DNA of 64,000 nucleotides, from positions 1,856,001-1,920,000 of the forward strand of contig CAWIIB010000009.1 in assembly GCA_963836075.1 (NCBI GenBank), read 5' to 3'. This DNA is from an uncultured Acidobacteriota bacterium (GTDB lineage Bacteria > Acidobacteriota > JAQAZP01). This document shows positions 1 to 8,630 of this stretch, piece after piece (the stretch's first letter is position 1; each line of letters begins with the position of its first letter). A model generated the notes under the pieces. That model saw only the letters and a program-made list of their open reading frames with translations. It was not told the DNA's origin and did no database searches. The position numbers were made by a program, and so were the translations under genes.

Positions 1-1013
1 AAGCGCCGGGCCGGGCCACTGGAAAAGGTGAGGTCGGTGCGGGTGATGGCGGTGAACCCGGCGGAGCGCAGCTGAGTCTCCAGCAGCTCTGCCGAGGGGA
101 AGGCGAATTCCGGGTCATCCAGCGAGTGCTGGAGCGCCCAGTGTATCCGGGTCCAGGGGGCTTCACCACCACCCGGGGCCAACTGGTCCACGATCACCAG
201 CCGGCCGCCCGGGTTCAGAGCGGAGCGGACTTTGCGAAAAAGATCCTCCCCGTAGGTGTCCACGTCACACTCCAGCACAAGGTCGAAGCTGACCGGCAGC
301 GGATCATCGAGGAAGTCGGCCTCGTGCCAGCTGATGCGACCGGTCTCCTCCCCGTCCCCCGCAATTTCCCGGCCCACCCGGCATACGGTGGGAACGTCCA
401 CCACCACCGACCGCAGCTGCGGGTGGCGGCGAAGCAGCGCGAGAGAAAAGATGCCGGACCCGCCGCCCAGGTCCATCATCCGGGTGACACCGTCCATCCT
501 CAGCATGGACGCCAGTTCCTCAGCCATCCACCGGTGAAAGTCGCGGAGCATTCTGGTGAAGTGCAGGGCCAGGGCCGGGTCCGCCGTCATTTCAGCCAGG
601 TAGTCACGTCGTTTCAGGCCCAGCGCATCCCGGGCCGAGCCGGGCTTTTTGAGATGAACGGCCAGGTCGCGCACCCAGCGGTTCAGCCCCCGGGTTTCCA
701 TGGCCAGGTGGGCCCAACTCTCCCGTTCGAAGGTGTCGATGATGGCGGAACGTGCGGTGCTGGTGGGGCCAAAGCCGCCGGCGGTTTTTTCCACCAGGCC
801 GGCCCGCTCCAGGAGCTGCAGCCAGTAACGGCAGCGGCCCGGGGGGATGCTGAGCCTGGCCGCGATGGCGCGGGAGGGAAGAGGCTGTTCATCGATCAAC
901 CAGAAGAGGCCCAGCTCCAGGGCCGCGCCCAGGGCGGCGGAAGCGAAGGAGGCATCGAGGAGGTCGAGGACCTGGTCGGTGGTGGAAGGTTTCACCGGTC
1001 GGGCTCCAACCAT
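1..1013 (-). CDS. SAM-dependent O-methyltransferase (dimerisation + Methyltransf_2), 3' end runs off window
   Basis: Manual translation from ATG at 1013: MVGARPVKPSTTDQVLDLLDASFASAALGAALELGLF...MMDLGGGSG...ADFL...LNPGGRLVIVD; absent from ORF track because there is no stop in the window. Confidence 0.85.
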   Translation of the reverse strand, partial: MVGARPVKPSTTDQVLDLLDASFASAALGAALELGLFWLIDEQPLPSRAIAARLSIPPGRCRYWLQLLERAGLVEKTAGGFGPTSTARSAIIDTFERESWAHLAMETRGLNRWVRDLAVHLKKPGSARDALGLKRRDYLAEMTADPALALHFTRMLRDFHRWMAEELASMLRMDGVTRMMDLGGGSGIFSLALLRRHPQLRSVVVDVPTVCRVGREIAGDGEETGRISWHEADFLDDPLPVSFDLVLECDVDTYGEDLFRKVRSALNPGGRLVIVDQLAPGGGEAPWTRIHWALQHSLDDPEFAFPSAELLETQLRSAGFTAITRTDLTFSSGPARR

Positions 1014-1022
1014 GGATCAGGG

Positions 1023-1220
1023 CTAGTAGGGAAGGATCCTGCCATGAACGAACCAGTGGTAGATGACATAGAACCAGCTGCAGGCCGCGTGGATCAGGGC
1101 CCAGAGCAGACTGTGATTTGTCTGCCAGCTGAGAATCGCCGCCAGCACCGCGCCGATGCTGCCGAAAACGCCGCCGCCGCAGCAGCCGCAACCGCCCTTG
1201 CTACTTTTCTCTCTACCCAT
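1023..1220 (-). CDS. small membrane protein
   Basis: GAVLAAILSWQTNHSLLWALIHAACSWFYVIY two-helix pattern; GAGGGG upstream of ATG 1220. Confidence 0.65.
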   Translation of the reverse strand: MGREKSSKGGCGCCGGGVFGSIGAVLAAILSWQTNHSLLWALIHAACSWFYVIYHWFVHGRILPY

Positions 1221-2214
1221 TCCCATTCCCCTCGTGTGATTCACCCATGTCCCTTACGGAGGCGGAACCCGTTCTGTTCGTCCCCTCGAACCCTCCCGGC
1301 TCCTCGCCCGGGCGGGGTGCGCCGGCGATCAGTGACGGCAGGTAGGCCCGGATCAGCGGGTCGTCATAGTATTTCTCGATCGCCTTGAGCTTGTCCAGTT
1401 CAAATTTTTCGCCGTGACACTGGACCAGCAGTTCACCGAAGAAATCGAACACCCGCTTGAATTCATCCATGTCGTTGACCACTTCTTCGGAGATCTTCGA
1501 CAGGCAGTGGATGGCCTTTTCCTTCGAATCGTAGATGAAGAGGTTGAACGTGGCCAGGGTCTCGAAGTAGTGCACAAGCCCATAGGCATAAGGGGTTTCC
1601 TGACTCTTCAGCACGGAATAGGCCAGGGCCAGGTCGTTCCGTGCGCGCTCACGTTCGCCGATGACCGCATGGCTGTTGGCCAGGTTGATGTAGATTGTGG
1701 CCAGTATTTTGTGTTCGATGGAAATGGCACGATCCCGGGCCAGCATGTAGTGTTCGATGGCTTTTTCAGGCTTGCCGATTTTGTCGAAATAGCGGCCGCA
1801 GCCGATGTGGTAGCGGCAGACCAGATAGACCGGGTCGCTGCCGTCATCCGCATCAACATTGAAATCGATCAGGTTGGCCGCCAGCCCGAGGTAGTCGAGA
1901 CAGAGGTCCGCTTTGCCCCGGCTGAGTTGTATCTTGGCCAGTTCCAGAGAGAGGTGTGATCGGAGAAACAGGTCCAGGTGGACATCCCTCTCCAGTTCCT
2001 CGAGCAGCTCCATGGCGATCTGCTTCTGGCCACGGTTGAAATACATGGATGACAGGTAGAGCTGGGCCCGCTGCCTGTCATAGGGCGGTTTGTCGGGGGG
2101 CCAGGTGTCGATGACCTCCAGCAGCAGCCTGATGGCCGGCCGGCACTCTCCACTGTCGTAGAGTTCGGTTGCCCTGTCGATGCGACGGTCAGTCATTGGC
2201 CGCTCGTCACTCAT
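1213..2214 (-). CDS. tetratricopeptide-repeat protein
   Basis: Repeated helical TPR-like units (e.g. KAIEHYMLA, IYINLANSHAVIGERERA). Confidence 0.7.
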   Translation of the reverse strand: MSDERPMTDRRIDRATELYDSGECRPAIRLLLEVIDTWPPDKPPYDRQRAQLYLSSMYFNRGQKQIAMELLEELERDVHLDLFLRSHLSLELAKIQLSRGKADLCLDYLGLAANLIDFNVDADDGSDPVYLVCRYHIGCGRYFDKIGKPEKAIEHYMLARDRAISIEHKILATIYINLANSHAVIGERERARNDLALAYSVLKSQETPYAYGLVHYFETLATFNLFIYDSKEKAIHCLSKISEEVVNDMDEFKRVFDFFGELLVQCHGEKFELDKLKAIEKYYDDPLIRAYLPSLIAGAPRPGEEPGGFEGTNRTGSASVRDMGESHEGNGNG

Positions 2215-2463
2215 CTACTCAAGGCACGCTGGAGTAGAGCGTGCAGAATGCTGCTGTAGCCTGGCAAGAGGTGCCCGATGGCAGAAATCTTCGTATTGAT
2301 GATAAATATAGGTTTTGCCTTTCAGGAAATCAAGACTCTCTTTCGCCTGTACTATCTCCAGTAGCGGCCAACAGCAGGTTCCCTGTAGAATATCGCCCGA
2401 ATTGCCCTGCGGCCCGTGGCCGGTGATTTCAGCACCTGATATCGCACTGCATCGAGCGGGTTC

Positions 2464-3006
2464 ATGATCATTTTCTACAGCACCGTCCTCGCCCTCTGCG
2501 GCCTGGCCGTGCTTTTTCTACTTCGGGTCGGCTACTGGTATTACTGCCAGTATCGCTTCGTGGAGGTGATCAAGGGCCGCCTGTTCCGCTGCAAGGCCAT
2601 GCCCGGGGCCAGGCTGCTGAAGACGGTGCGCACCCACGGTATCCGCACGGTGATCGACCTGCGCCGGCCGGCAAACTCCGGCAGGAGTATCGAGGAAGAG
2701 CGCCGCTGTCTCGAGGAGGAGGGGATCGGCTACGTCAACGTGCCGGCCAACCAGTCCCCCTCGCCGGAGACCGTGGGGGCGTTTCTCGAGGCCGTACAGG
2801 CGGCGGAGCCCGGGCCGCTGCTGGTCCACTGCCGCGACGGGAGGGGGCGCTGCGTTTTTTACTGCGCCATCTACCTCATCGAACGCGAGGGGCTCTCCCC
2901 GGATCAGGCCCGGCGCAAGTGCCGGCTGGTGGCCAGCCGCGGCACCTTCTCACCCACCGGCGCCAAGGGCCGTTTCCTCCTCGAGTACACCCCGAAACGC
3001 GGCTAA
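2464..3006 (+). CDS. membrane-anchored dual-specificity/tyrosine phosphatase family protein
   Basis: N-terminal TM, IRTVIDLR, P-loop LVHCRDGRGR (CX5R). Confidence 0.85.
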   Translation: MIIFYSTVLALCGLAVLFLLRVGYWYYCQYRFVEVIKGRLFRCKAMPGARLLKTVRTHGIRTVIDLRRPANSGRSIEEERRCLEEEGIGYVNVPANQSPSPETVGAFLEAVQAAEPGPLLVHCRDGRGRCVFYCAIYLIEREGLSPDQARRKCRLVASRGTFSPTGAKGRFLLEYTPKRG

Positions 3007-3851
3007 GCCTGAACCAGCGCTTTGCGGTTCGATTCCTCGGCAAATTTTCTGCAGGCTTCCCAGTCCCCGGCGTAGAACTGGCGCACCCGTTGAAGCTCTT
3101 CCGTTGAGATCAGCGGTTCGCTGCCCAGTGCTGACCGGGGGACGGCGTGCGCTGCGGCCAGCACCGCGTGGACGAGGATGAGACGCGACCGGACCTGCAG
3201 CCAGTGGAGCAGCCGGTTGTTCACCTGCGGCCGGGGACGCCAGGGGAGGCGCCGGGAGATCGATCGCATCACCTTGAGCTGCTTTTCGCTGAACGACGCG
3301 TGCACTCGGCCGAGATCGATTTTCTCCGGCTGGTAGGTGGCGCCGATATAGCGGGCCATGGCTTCGAGAACCCGGTGGGGCTCTTCCAGCAGGTCCTGGT
3401 GAAAGAGCACCAGCGGCGGGCGGTGGAAGCTGGTTTCCAGCATCTGAAGCAGGGGCAGGAAGAGCATCTCTTCCTGTTTCCAGATTCCCCGGTCACGGTC
3501 CAGGTCAAGGAAACCGCTGAACTCGGCGTAGCGGGCATTCTTCAGGAAGCGGCGGTATTGCGAGGCGGCGTAGCCGTCGTGGCGCCGCAGCAGGATGATC
3601 GTGCCGGCCTGGGGAAAATGTCCGGCAAACCGGTTCACTTCCTGTTGGAACTGACGGTCGAACTCGCGGGATACCAGGTAGTTCTGGTGCGCACCGCCAT
3701 TGATCACCCCGGAGTAGCGGCGGTAGTGGCGGCGCGGCACGTAGTAGACCCCGTCAAGCCGGGGAAAGAAACGGTGCTGCAGCCAGGTGGAGGCTGTCTT
3801 GGCCAGTCCCGGGTGAAAACAGACCCGGGGCCCGGACTGTTTCTGGGGCAT
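3003..3851 (-). CDS. sulfotransferase-like P-loop protein
   Basis: HPGLAKTASTWLQ PAPS-binding-like motif. Confidence 0.7.
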   Translation of the reverse strand: MPQKQSGPRVCFHPGLAKTASTWLQHRFFPRLDGVYYVPRRHYRRYSGVINGGAHQNYLVSREFDRQFQQEVNRFAGHFPQAGTIILLRRHDGYAASQYRRFLKNARYAEFSGFLDLDRDRGIWKQEEMLFLPLLQMLETSFHRPPLVLFHQDLLEEPHRVLEAMARYIGATYQPEKIDLGRVHASFSEKQLKVMRSISRRLPWRPRPQVNNRLLHWLQVRSRLILVHAVLAAAHAVPRSALGSEPLISTEELQRVRQFYAGDWEACRKFAEESNRKALVQA

Positions 3852-3897
3852 GCTTCGCGACTCCTTCCCCTCATTCTAGGTTCTTCCCCGTACATTG

Positions 3898-3921
3898 AAA
3901 AGGGGGCGCACGGAGCGCCCC
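3898..3921 (-). terminator. intrinsic terminator after peptide copy 1
   Basis: Minus strand GGGGGCGCtccgtGCGCCCCtttt. Confidence 0.7.
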
Positions 3922-3940
3922 CGGGTGATCGGATCATTCT

Positions 3941-4113
3941 TCAGTTGTTCTGGGGGTTGAACGACTCGTTGACGCAGTGGCCAACTCGTCGGGGCTGACG
4001 TTGTTCCGGTCTGAGATGGCGTCCTTGGGGCAGATCCAGGTGTTGCCGTCCTCGGTTTTGATCCAGACCATCGGCTTGGCCGCTTTCCACTCGTTGCTCT
4101 TTTCTTTGATCAT
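3941..4113 (-). CDS. 57-aa small protein, copy 1 (1-nt frameshift near 3980)
   Basis: GGAGG RBS; MIKEKSNEWKAAKPMVWIKTEDGNTWICPKDAISDRNNVSPDELA; adding one base restores CVNESFNPQNN*, matching copy 2. Confidence 0.75.
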
Positions 4114-5144
4114 CGTCCTGTCCTCCCGTGACACCGGCGGTGTCGAAAATTTGTTGTTTCGGTTTCTATGTGCGTCGTCGTAATCAGTGGAGTTTCTTCT
4201 ACTTTTTGTTTTTGTTTCCGGCCCCTGACGCCTCGCGGGGTCAGGGGCCGGCTCAGAACACTTACTGCATGTCGATGGTCTGGATGAAGAGGGTGAAGCT
4301 GTCGTCAAACAGGCTGCCGATGGCATACACGATGTAGTTGATGCCGGGCTCGAAGACAACCGTGCCCGAAGAGAATGCGGGTTCGGTGGATCCGGCCGGG
4401 TAGAGCATGCCGTTCAGTTCGCCGGCCCAGAGGTCCACGGAACCGAAGGAGCTGGGCTTCATGCCATCGTTGTTGGTCAGGTTCTGTCCACCCACGAACA
4501 GCGAGCGGCCGGCATAGCCGGACTCGGAGGTGAAGACCCGCTGCAGGTCGAGGTCCACGGCCGGGGCGTCAGCGGTGTGGCGGACGGTGATCCGGGTACG
4601 GCCGTTGCGCAGCGGGGCGGTGTTGTTCTCGAAGAGCGACAGGGCGATGCCGTTGCTATCACCGTCGATGAAGGTCAGGTGGGCAATGATGGTGTAGTCA
4701 CTGCCCGGCTCGGGGCTGACCGTGCGGGACAGCACCGTGGTGCCCTGGAGCTTGATCTCGATGTCGTAGTCGCCGCGGGGCAGGGCCAGGGGACCGGCGC
4801 TCTCGTTGAAGTCGAAGGAGAGCAGGTAGTCGCCGTTGACATAGACATCCACGGGAACCGGGAGGCCGGGGATGGCGTGGATGGCGGTGAGCATGGCCTC
4901 GTCCACTTCGGTGGTGTAGGCGTCATCGTTGAACGGGGCGGCACGGAAGCTGTCGGCAGCCTTGAAGGCTCTGACGTCGGCGGTGGCGCCGGCGGCCACG
5001 AGAATCAGCATCAGGGAAGCGAGGGAAGCAACTTTCTTCAACATTTTCTTTCTCCTTAAGGTCTATCGTTTTGTCCTGTCCAAGTTTCAGTTTGCGGGGC
5101 GGCTTCACTGTCCGCTCCCGATGTTCGAGATCAATATACAGACT
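4015..5144. repeat. direct repeat copy 1 (1130 bp, offset 1552)
   Basis: Near-identical to 5567-6696; one mismatch seen (4208 g vs 5760 a). Confidence 0.95.
4262..5044 (-). CDS. secreted DUF4397 domain protein, copy 1
   Basis: Signal peptide; HAIPGLPVPVDVYVNG and VRHTADAPAVD tandem beta-sandwich motifs. Confidence 0.8.
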   Translation of the reverse strand: MLKKVASLASLMLILVAAGATADVRAFKAADSFRAAPFNDDAYTTEVDEAMLTAIHAIPGLPVPVDVYVNGDYLLSFDFNESAGPLALPRGDYDIEIKLQGTTVLSRTVSPEPGSDYTIIAHLTFIDGDSNGIALSLFENNTAPLRNGRTRITVRHTADAPAVDLDLQRVFTSESGYAGRSLFVGGQNLTNNDGMKPSSFGSVDLWAGELNGMLYPAGSTEPAFSSGTVVFEPGINYIVYAIGSLFDDSFTLFIQTIDMQ

Positions 5145-5322
5145 CAGAATCAGCTTGTCAAGTAAAAATCTAAAAAACTATGAAAATAATATAGACAGAA
5201 TATAATGTACTAGACATACCGCCGCCCCTGCTTTTGATGGAAAGGCTTTATTGATTATAGACATTAATGGCCTCATCGGCCCAGGTTGCGTTGTTTATTA
5301 CTACGTAGACAAATAATAGACA
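5133..5322 (-). promoter_or_regulatory. sigma70 promoter with CarH-like operator repeats
   Basis: Minus TTGACA(5161-5156)-N17-TATATT; TAGACA at 5192, 5211, 5258, 5306, 5317 (last two 11 bp apart). Confidence 0.65.
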
Positions 5323-5491
5323 TTTGTGGGGCATGTGGCGTCGCGATACTGCAAACCTGCTCTCCGGATATGGTGCGGACAGGTCTTGCGAGGTTGTTAA
5401 GCCTGGTCTCTATAAAAGGAAGGGGGCGCCGGAGCGCCCTTGAAGGAGTGTTGGATTTCGCGTCGGTGAGAGACGCGGGCATGAGGACGTA

Positions 5492-5665
5492 TTAGTTGTT
5501 CTGTGGGTTGTGCGACTCGTTGACGCAGTCGGCCAGCTCGGCCGCGCTGACATTCTTTCGGTCGGTGATGGCGTCCTTGGGGCAGATCCAGGTGTTGCCG
5601 TCCTCGGTTTTGATCCAGACCATCGGCTTGGCCGCTTTCCACTCGTTGCTCTTTTCTTTGATCAT
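5492..5665 (-). CDS. 57-aa small protein, copy 2 (intact)
   Basis: GGAGG RBS; MIKEKSNEWKAAKPMVWIKTEDGNTWICPKDAITDRKNVSAAELADCVNESHNPQNN; followed by terminator hairpin ~5415-5442. Confidence 0.8.
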   Translation of the reverse strand: MIKEKSNEWKAAKPMVWIKTEDGNTWICPKDAITDRKNVSAAELADCVNESHNPQNN

Positions 5666-6696
5666 CGTCCTGTCCTCCCGTGACACCGGCGGTGTCGAAA
5701 ATTTGTTGTTTCGGTTTCTATGTGCGTCGTCGTAATCAGTGGAGTTTCTTCTACTTTTTATTTTTGTTTCCGGCCCCTGACGCCTCGCGGGGTCAGGGGC
5801 CGGCTCAGAACACTTACTGCATGTCGATGGTCTGGATGAAGAGGGTGAAGCTGTCGTCAAACAGGCTGCCGATGGCATACACGATGTAGTTGATGCCGGG
5901 CTCGAAGACAACCGTGCCCGAAGAGAATGCGGGTTCGGTGGATCCGGCCGGGTAGAGCATGCCGTTCAGTTCGCCGGCCCAGAGGTCCACGGAACCGAAG
6001 GAGCTGGGCTTCATGCCATCGTTGTTGGTCAGGTTCTGTCCACCCACGAACAGCGAGCGGCCGGCATAGCCGGACTCGGAGGTGAAGACCCGCTGCAGGT
6101 CGAGGTCCACGGCCGGGGCGTCAGCGGTGTGGCGGACGGTGATCCGGGTACGGCCGTTGCGCAGCGGGGCGGTGTTGTTCTCGAAGAGCGACAGGGCGAT
6201 GCCGTTGCTATCACCGTCGATGAAGGTCAGGTGGGCAATGATGGTGTAGTCACTGCCCGGCTCGGGGCTGACCGTGCGGGACAGCACCGTGGTGCCCTGG
6301 AGCTTGATCTCGATGTCGTAGTCGCCGCGGGGCAGGGCCAGGGGACCGGCGCTCTCGTTGAAGTCGAAGGAGAGCAGGTAGTCGCCGTTGACATAGACAT
6401 CCACGGGAACCGGGAGGCCGGGGATGGCGTGGATGGCGGTGAGCATGGCCTCGTCCACTTCGGTGGTGTAGGCGTCATCGTTGAACGGGGCGGCACGGAA
6501 GCTGTCGGCAGCCTTGAAGGCTCTGACGTCGGCGGTGGCGCCGGCGGCCACGAGAATCAGCATCAGGGAAGCGAGGGAAGCAACTTTCTTCAACATTTTC
6601 TTTCTCCTTAAGGTCTATCGTTTTGTCCTGTCCAAGTTTCAGTTTGCGGGGCGGCTTCACTGTCCGCTCCCGATGTTCGAGATCAATATACAGACT
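5567..6696. repeat. direct repeat copy 2
   Basis: Near-identical to 4015-5144. Confidence 0.95.
5814..6596 (-). CDS. secreted DUF4397 domain protein, copy 2
   Basis: Protein identical to 4262-5044. Confidence 0.8.
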   Translation of the reverse strand: MLKKVASLASLMLILVAAGATADVRAFKAADSFRAAPFNDDAYTTEVDEAMLTAIHAIPGLPVPVDVYVNGDYLLSFDFNESAGPLALPRGDYDIEIKLQGTTVLSRTVSPEPGSDYTIIAHLTFIDGDSNGIALSLFENNTAPLRNGRTRITVRHTADAPAVDLDLQRVFTSESGYAGRSLFVGGQNLTNNDGMKPSSFGSVDLWAGELNGMLYPAGSTEPAFSSGTVVFEPGINYIVYAIGSLFDDSFTLFIQTIDMQ

Positions 6697-6749
6697 TGAT
6701 AATCGAATGTCAAGAGTTTTTATAAAATTATTTAAAAAAAATATAGACA
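6685..6749 (-). promoter_or_regulatory. sigma70 promoter of DUF4397 copy 2
   Basis: Minus TTGACA(6713-6708)-N17-TATATT; TAGACA at 6744. Confidence 0.6.
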
Positions 6750-6811
6750 GTAAATCGGCCAACAAAATAGGGACGGAAGGAGAGCGGAATTACCTGGGCC
6801 AATGATGGGGG

Positions 6812-7618
6812 TCAGATGCCGGGGGGGCGGTAGTCCATGGACAGCAGGCTGCGCAGCGGCGGGAAGAGCGGTTCCGGAAGCCGGTCCCATTGGAACCACT
6901 CCCAGCCGTCACAGAATTCCGGCTCGAGGTTTTCGGGCTCTCCATAATTCCAGTCCGCGGTGACATAGAGGGTCACGTACTGCTTTCCGTGGGCTTCGAA
7001 CATGTTATTGGTGAAGGCGGCATGCCGGACCTGCTGGATTTCCATCCCGGTCTCCTCCCGGGTTTCCCGCCGTGCGCACTCCTCGATGGTCTCGCCGAAC
7101 TCCAGGTGCCCGCCGGGACAGGACCAGCTCCCCGCACCGTGGGCATTGCGCCGCTTCCCCAGCAGCACTCGGCCTTCCCGCAGCACAATGACGCCGATAC
7201 CCACGCCGGGCCGCTTCACCTCCGGAGCGCCAGGTGCCGGCAGGTGGTTCTGCACAGCGGCGCCGGCCAGCGCGAGGATGGTCTCCATGAACTCGGGCGA
7301 ATCGGAAACCGGCGGCAGAATGTGGATCTTCGTCTGTGGCCGCTGGACCCGCACTGCCCGGACCTGTTCCTCGATGTCGCGGTGCGTGGCTTCACTCACC
7401 GCCATGAAGAGCGGCAGAAGGCGGATCTGTTCAGTGCCATCGGCAAGGGCGGCGTCCACCGCATCGAGCAGGGTGGGGGGGACGAACTGCTGGTAGGCGA
7501 GCCTGATCCGCCTGTCACCGTAACGGCGCTTCAATTCGGTTTCCAGGTTCTCGAAAACCAACCGCCATTTCGGGTCACGGCTGCCGTGGGGGAAGAGGAT
7601 CAGGCACGATCGATTCAT
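6812..7618 (-). CDS. CbiX/SirB-like chelatase domain fused to Nudix hydrolase
   Basis: N-term LILFPHGSRDPKW...LLPLFM; C-term Nudix box GGHLEFGETIEECARRETREETG. Confidence 0.8.
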   Translation of the reverse strand: MNRSCLILFPHGSRDPKWRLVFENLETELKRRYGDRRIRLAYQQFVPPTLLDAVDAALADGTEQIRLLPLFMAVSEATHRDIEEQVRAVRVQRPQTKIHILPPVSDSPEFMETILALAGAAVQNHLPAPGAPEVKRPGVGIGVIVLREGRVLLGKRRNAHGAGSWSCPGGHLEFGETIEECARRETREETGMEIQQVRHAAFTNNMFEAHGKQYVTLYVTADWNYGEPENLEPEFCDGWEWFQWDRLPEPLFPPLRSLLSMDYRPPGI

Positions 7619-7636
7619 CTCGGTGAATCCTTGGGT

Positions 7637-8599
7637 TCAGGCGGCAGGGGTGCTGCGGATCTCGGCCAGCCGTTGGCGCATTTCGGACAGGTTTGACACC
7701 CGGACGGCCCCGATGTTCTCCAGTGCTTCGGCGTAGCCTTCCGCTGATTTACCTCCGGCCAGCACCGTTACTTCCGGGGGCAGAAGGGAGCCCAGCTCCC
7801 TGATCTGTTCAGCCACCCGCGGGTCATCAGCCGGGTAGACGATGCTCAGGGCCACCACCAGGGCATCACTGTTCCGTACCGCCGCCGCGATTTCACCAGC
7901 CGGCAGGTCTGGCCCGAGGAAGGCGACGCGCCAGCCGTCGGTGAGCGCATACAGGGTGGCTGCCTGGGCCCCGATCTCGTGCCGTTGTCCCACCGGCGTG
8001 GTGACCAGCAGCAGCGGCGCCGCCGCCGGAGGTGAAAAGGTGCGGATCTGGCTGCTGAGGAAGGCGATGATCGAGGCGGAAGCCAGGTGCTCCTGGGAGA
8101 CCCGGAGCGTGCCCGAGTGCCAGCGCTCGCCAACCACCCGCATCAGCGGCAACACCATATGATCGAGGAGCACCGGCAGAGTCAGGGCGATGGCCGCACC
8201 ATTGAGTGCACTGTCCAGTGCAGGGCCGTCCATCCGCTCCAGGGCCTCGATGCAGGCCTGGAGGTGTGCTTCGGGGGCGTGGCGGTCCGCAGCCGGGATC
8301 TCCGAACCGGATCCGGCTGTCGATCCGGCCATACCGGTATCCTGCCCCGCCTCCTTCACCATCTCCCTCAGTTTTTCAGTGGGCAGTTTGGCCACCTGGC
8401 CGATGCTGTATCCCGCTCGGGTGATCCGGGCCAGCAACAGCAGCCGCTCCAGGTGCGCTTCGGTGTAAACCCGGCGGTTGGTGGGGGTGCGGACCGGTTC
8501 CACGGCGTCGTAGCGCTTCTCCCAGGCCCGGATGGCGTGGGCGGTGAGACCGGTTCTCCGGGCCACCACCTTGATCGGGTATGTTCGTTCGTTGTCCAT
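7637..8599 (-). CDS. carH: MerR-family B12-dependent photoreceptor/repressor (CarH/LitR-like)
   Basis: MerR HTH IRAWEKRY; W-x9-EH (WHSGTLRVSQEH); B12-binding GQRHEIGA. Confidence 0.85.
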   Translation of the reverse strand: MDNERTYPIKVVARRTGLTAHAIRAWEKRYDAVEPVRTPTNRRVYTEAHLERLLLLARITRAGYSIGQVAKLPTEKLREMVKEAGQDTGMAGSTAGSGSEIPAADRHAPEAHLQACIEALERMDGPALDSALNGAAIALTLPVLLDHMVLPLMRVVGERWHSGTLRVSQEHLASASIIAFLSSQIRTFSPPAAAPLLLVTTPVGQRHEIGAQAATLYALTDGWRVAFLGPDLPAGEIAAAVRNSDALVVALSIVYPADDPRVAEQIRELGSLLPPEVTVLAGGKSAEGYAEALENIGAVRVSNLSEMRQRLAEIRSTPAA

Positions 8600-8630
8600 G
8601 TGCTGAAGATATCCTATTGTCTAATGAACG

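Noticed and set aside
126-1388. 420-aa + strand ORF
   Set aside because: Antisense shadow of the minus-strand methyltransferase; no recognisable motifs
4218-4252. Strong hairpin between DUF4397 and peptide gene as terminator or riboswitch
   Set aside because: Followed by an A-tract, not a U-tract, on the sense strand and has no aptamer motifs; probably an mRNA-stabilising stem
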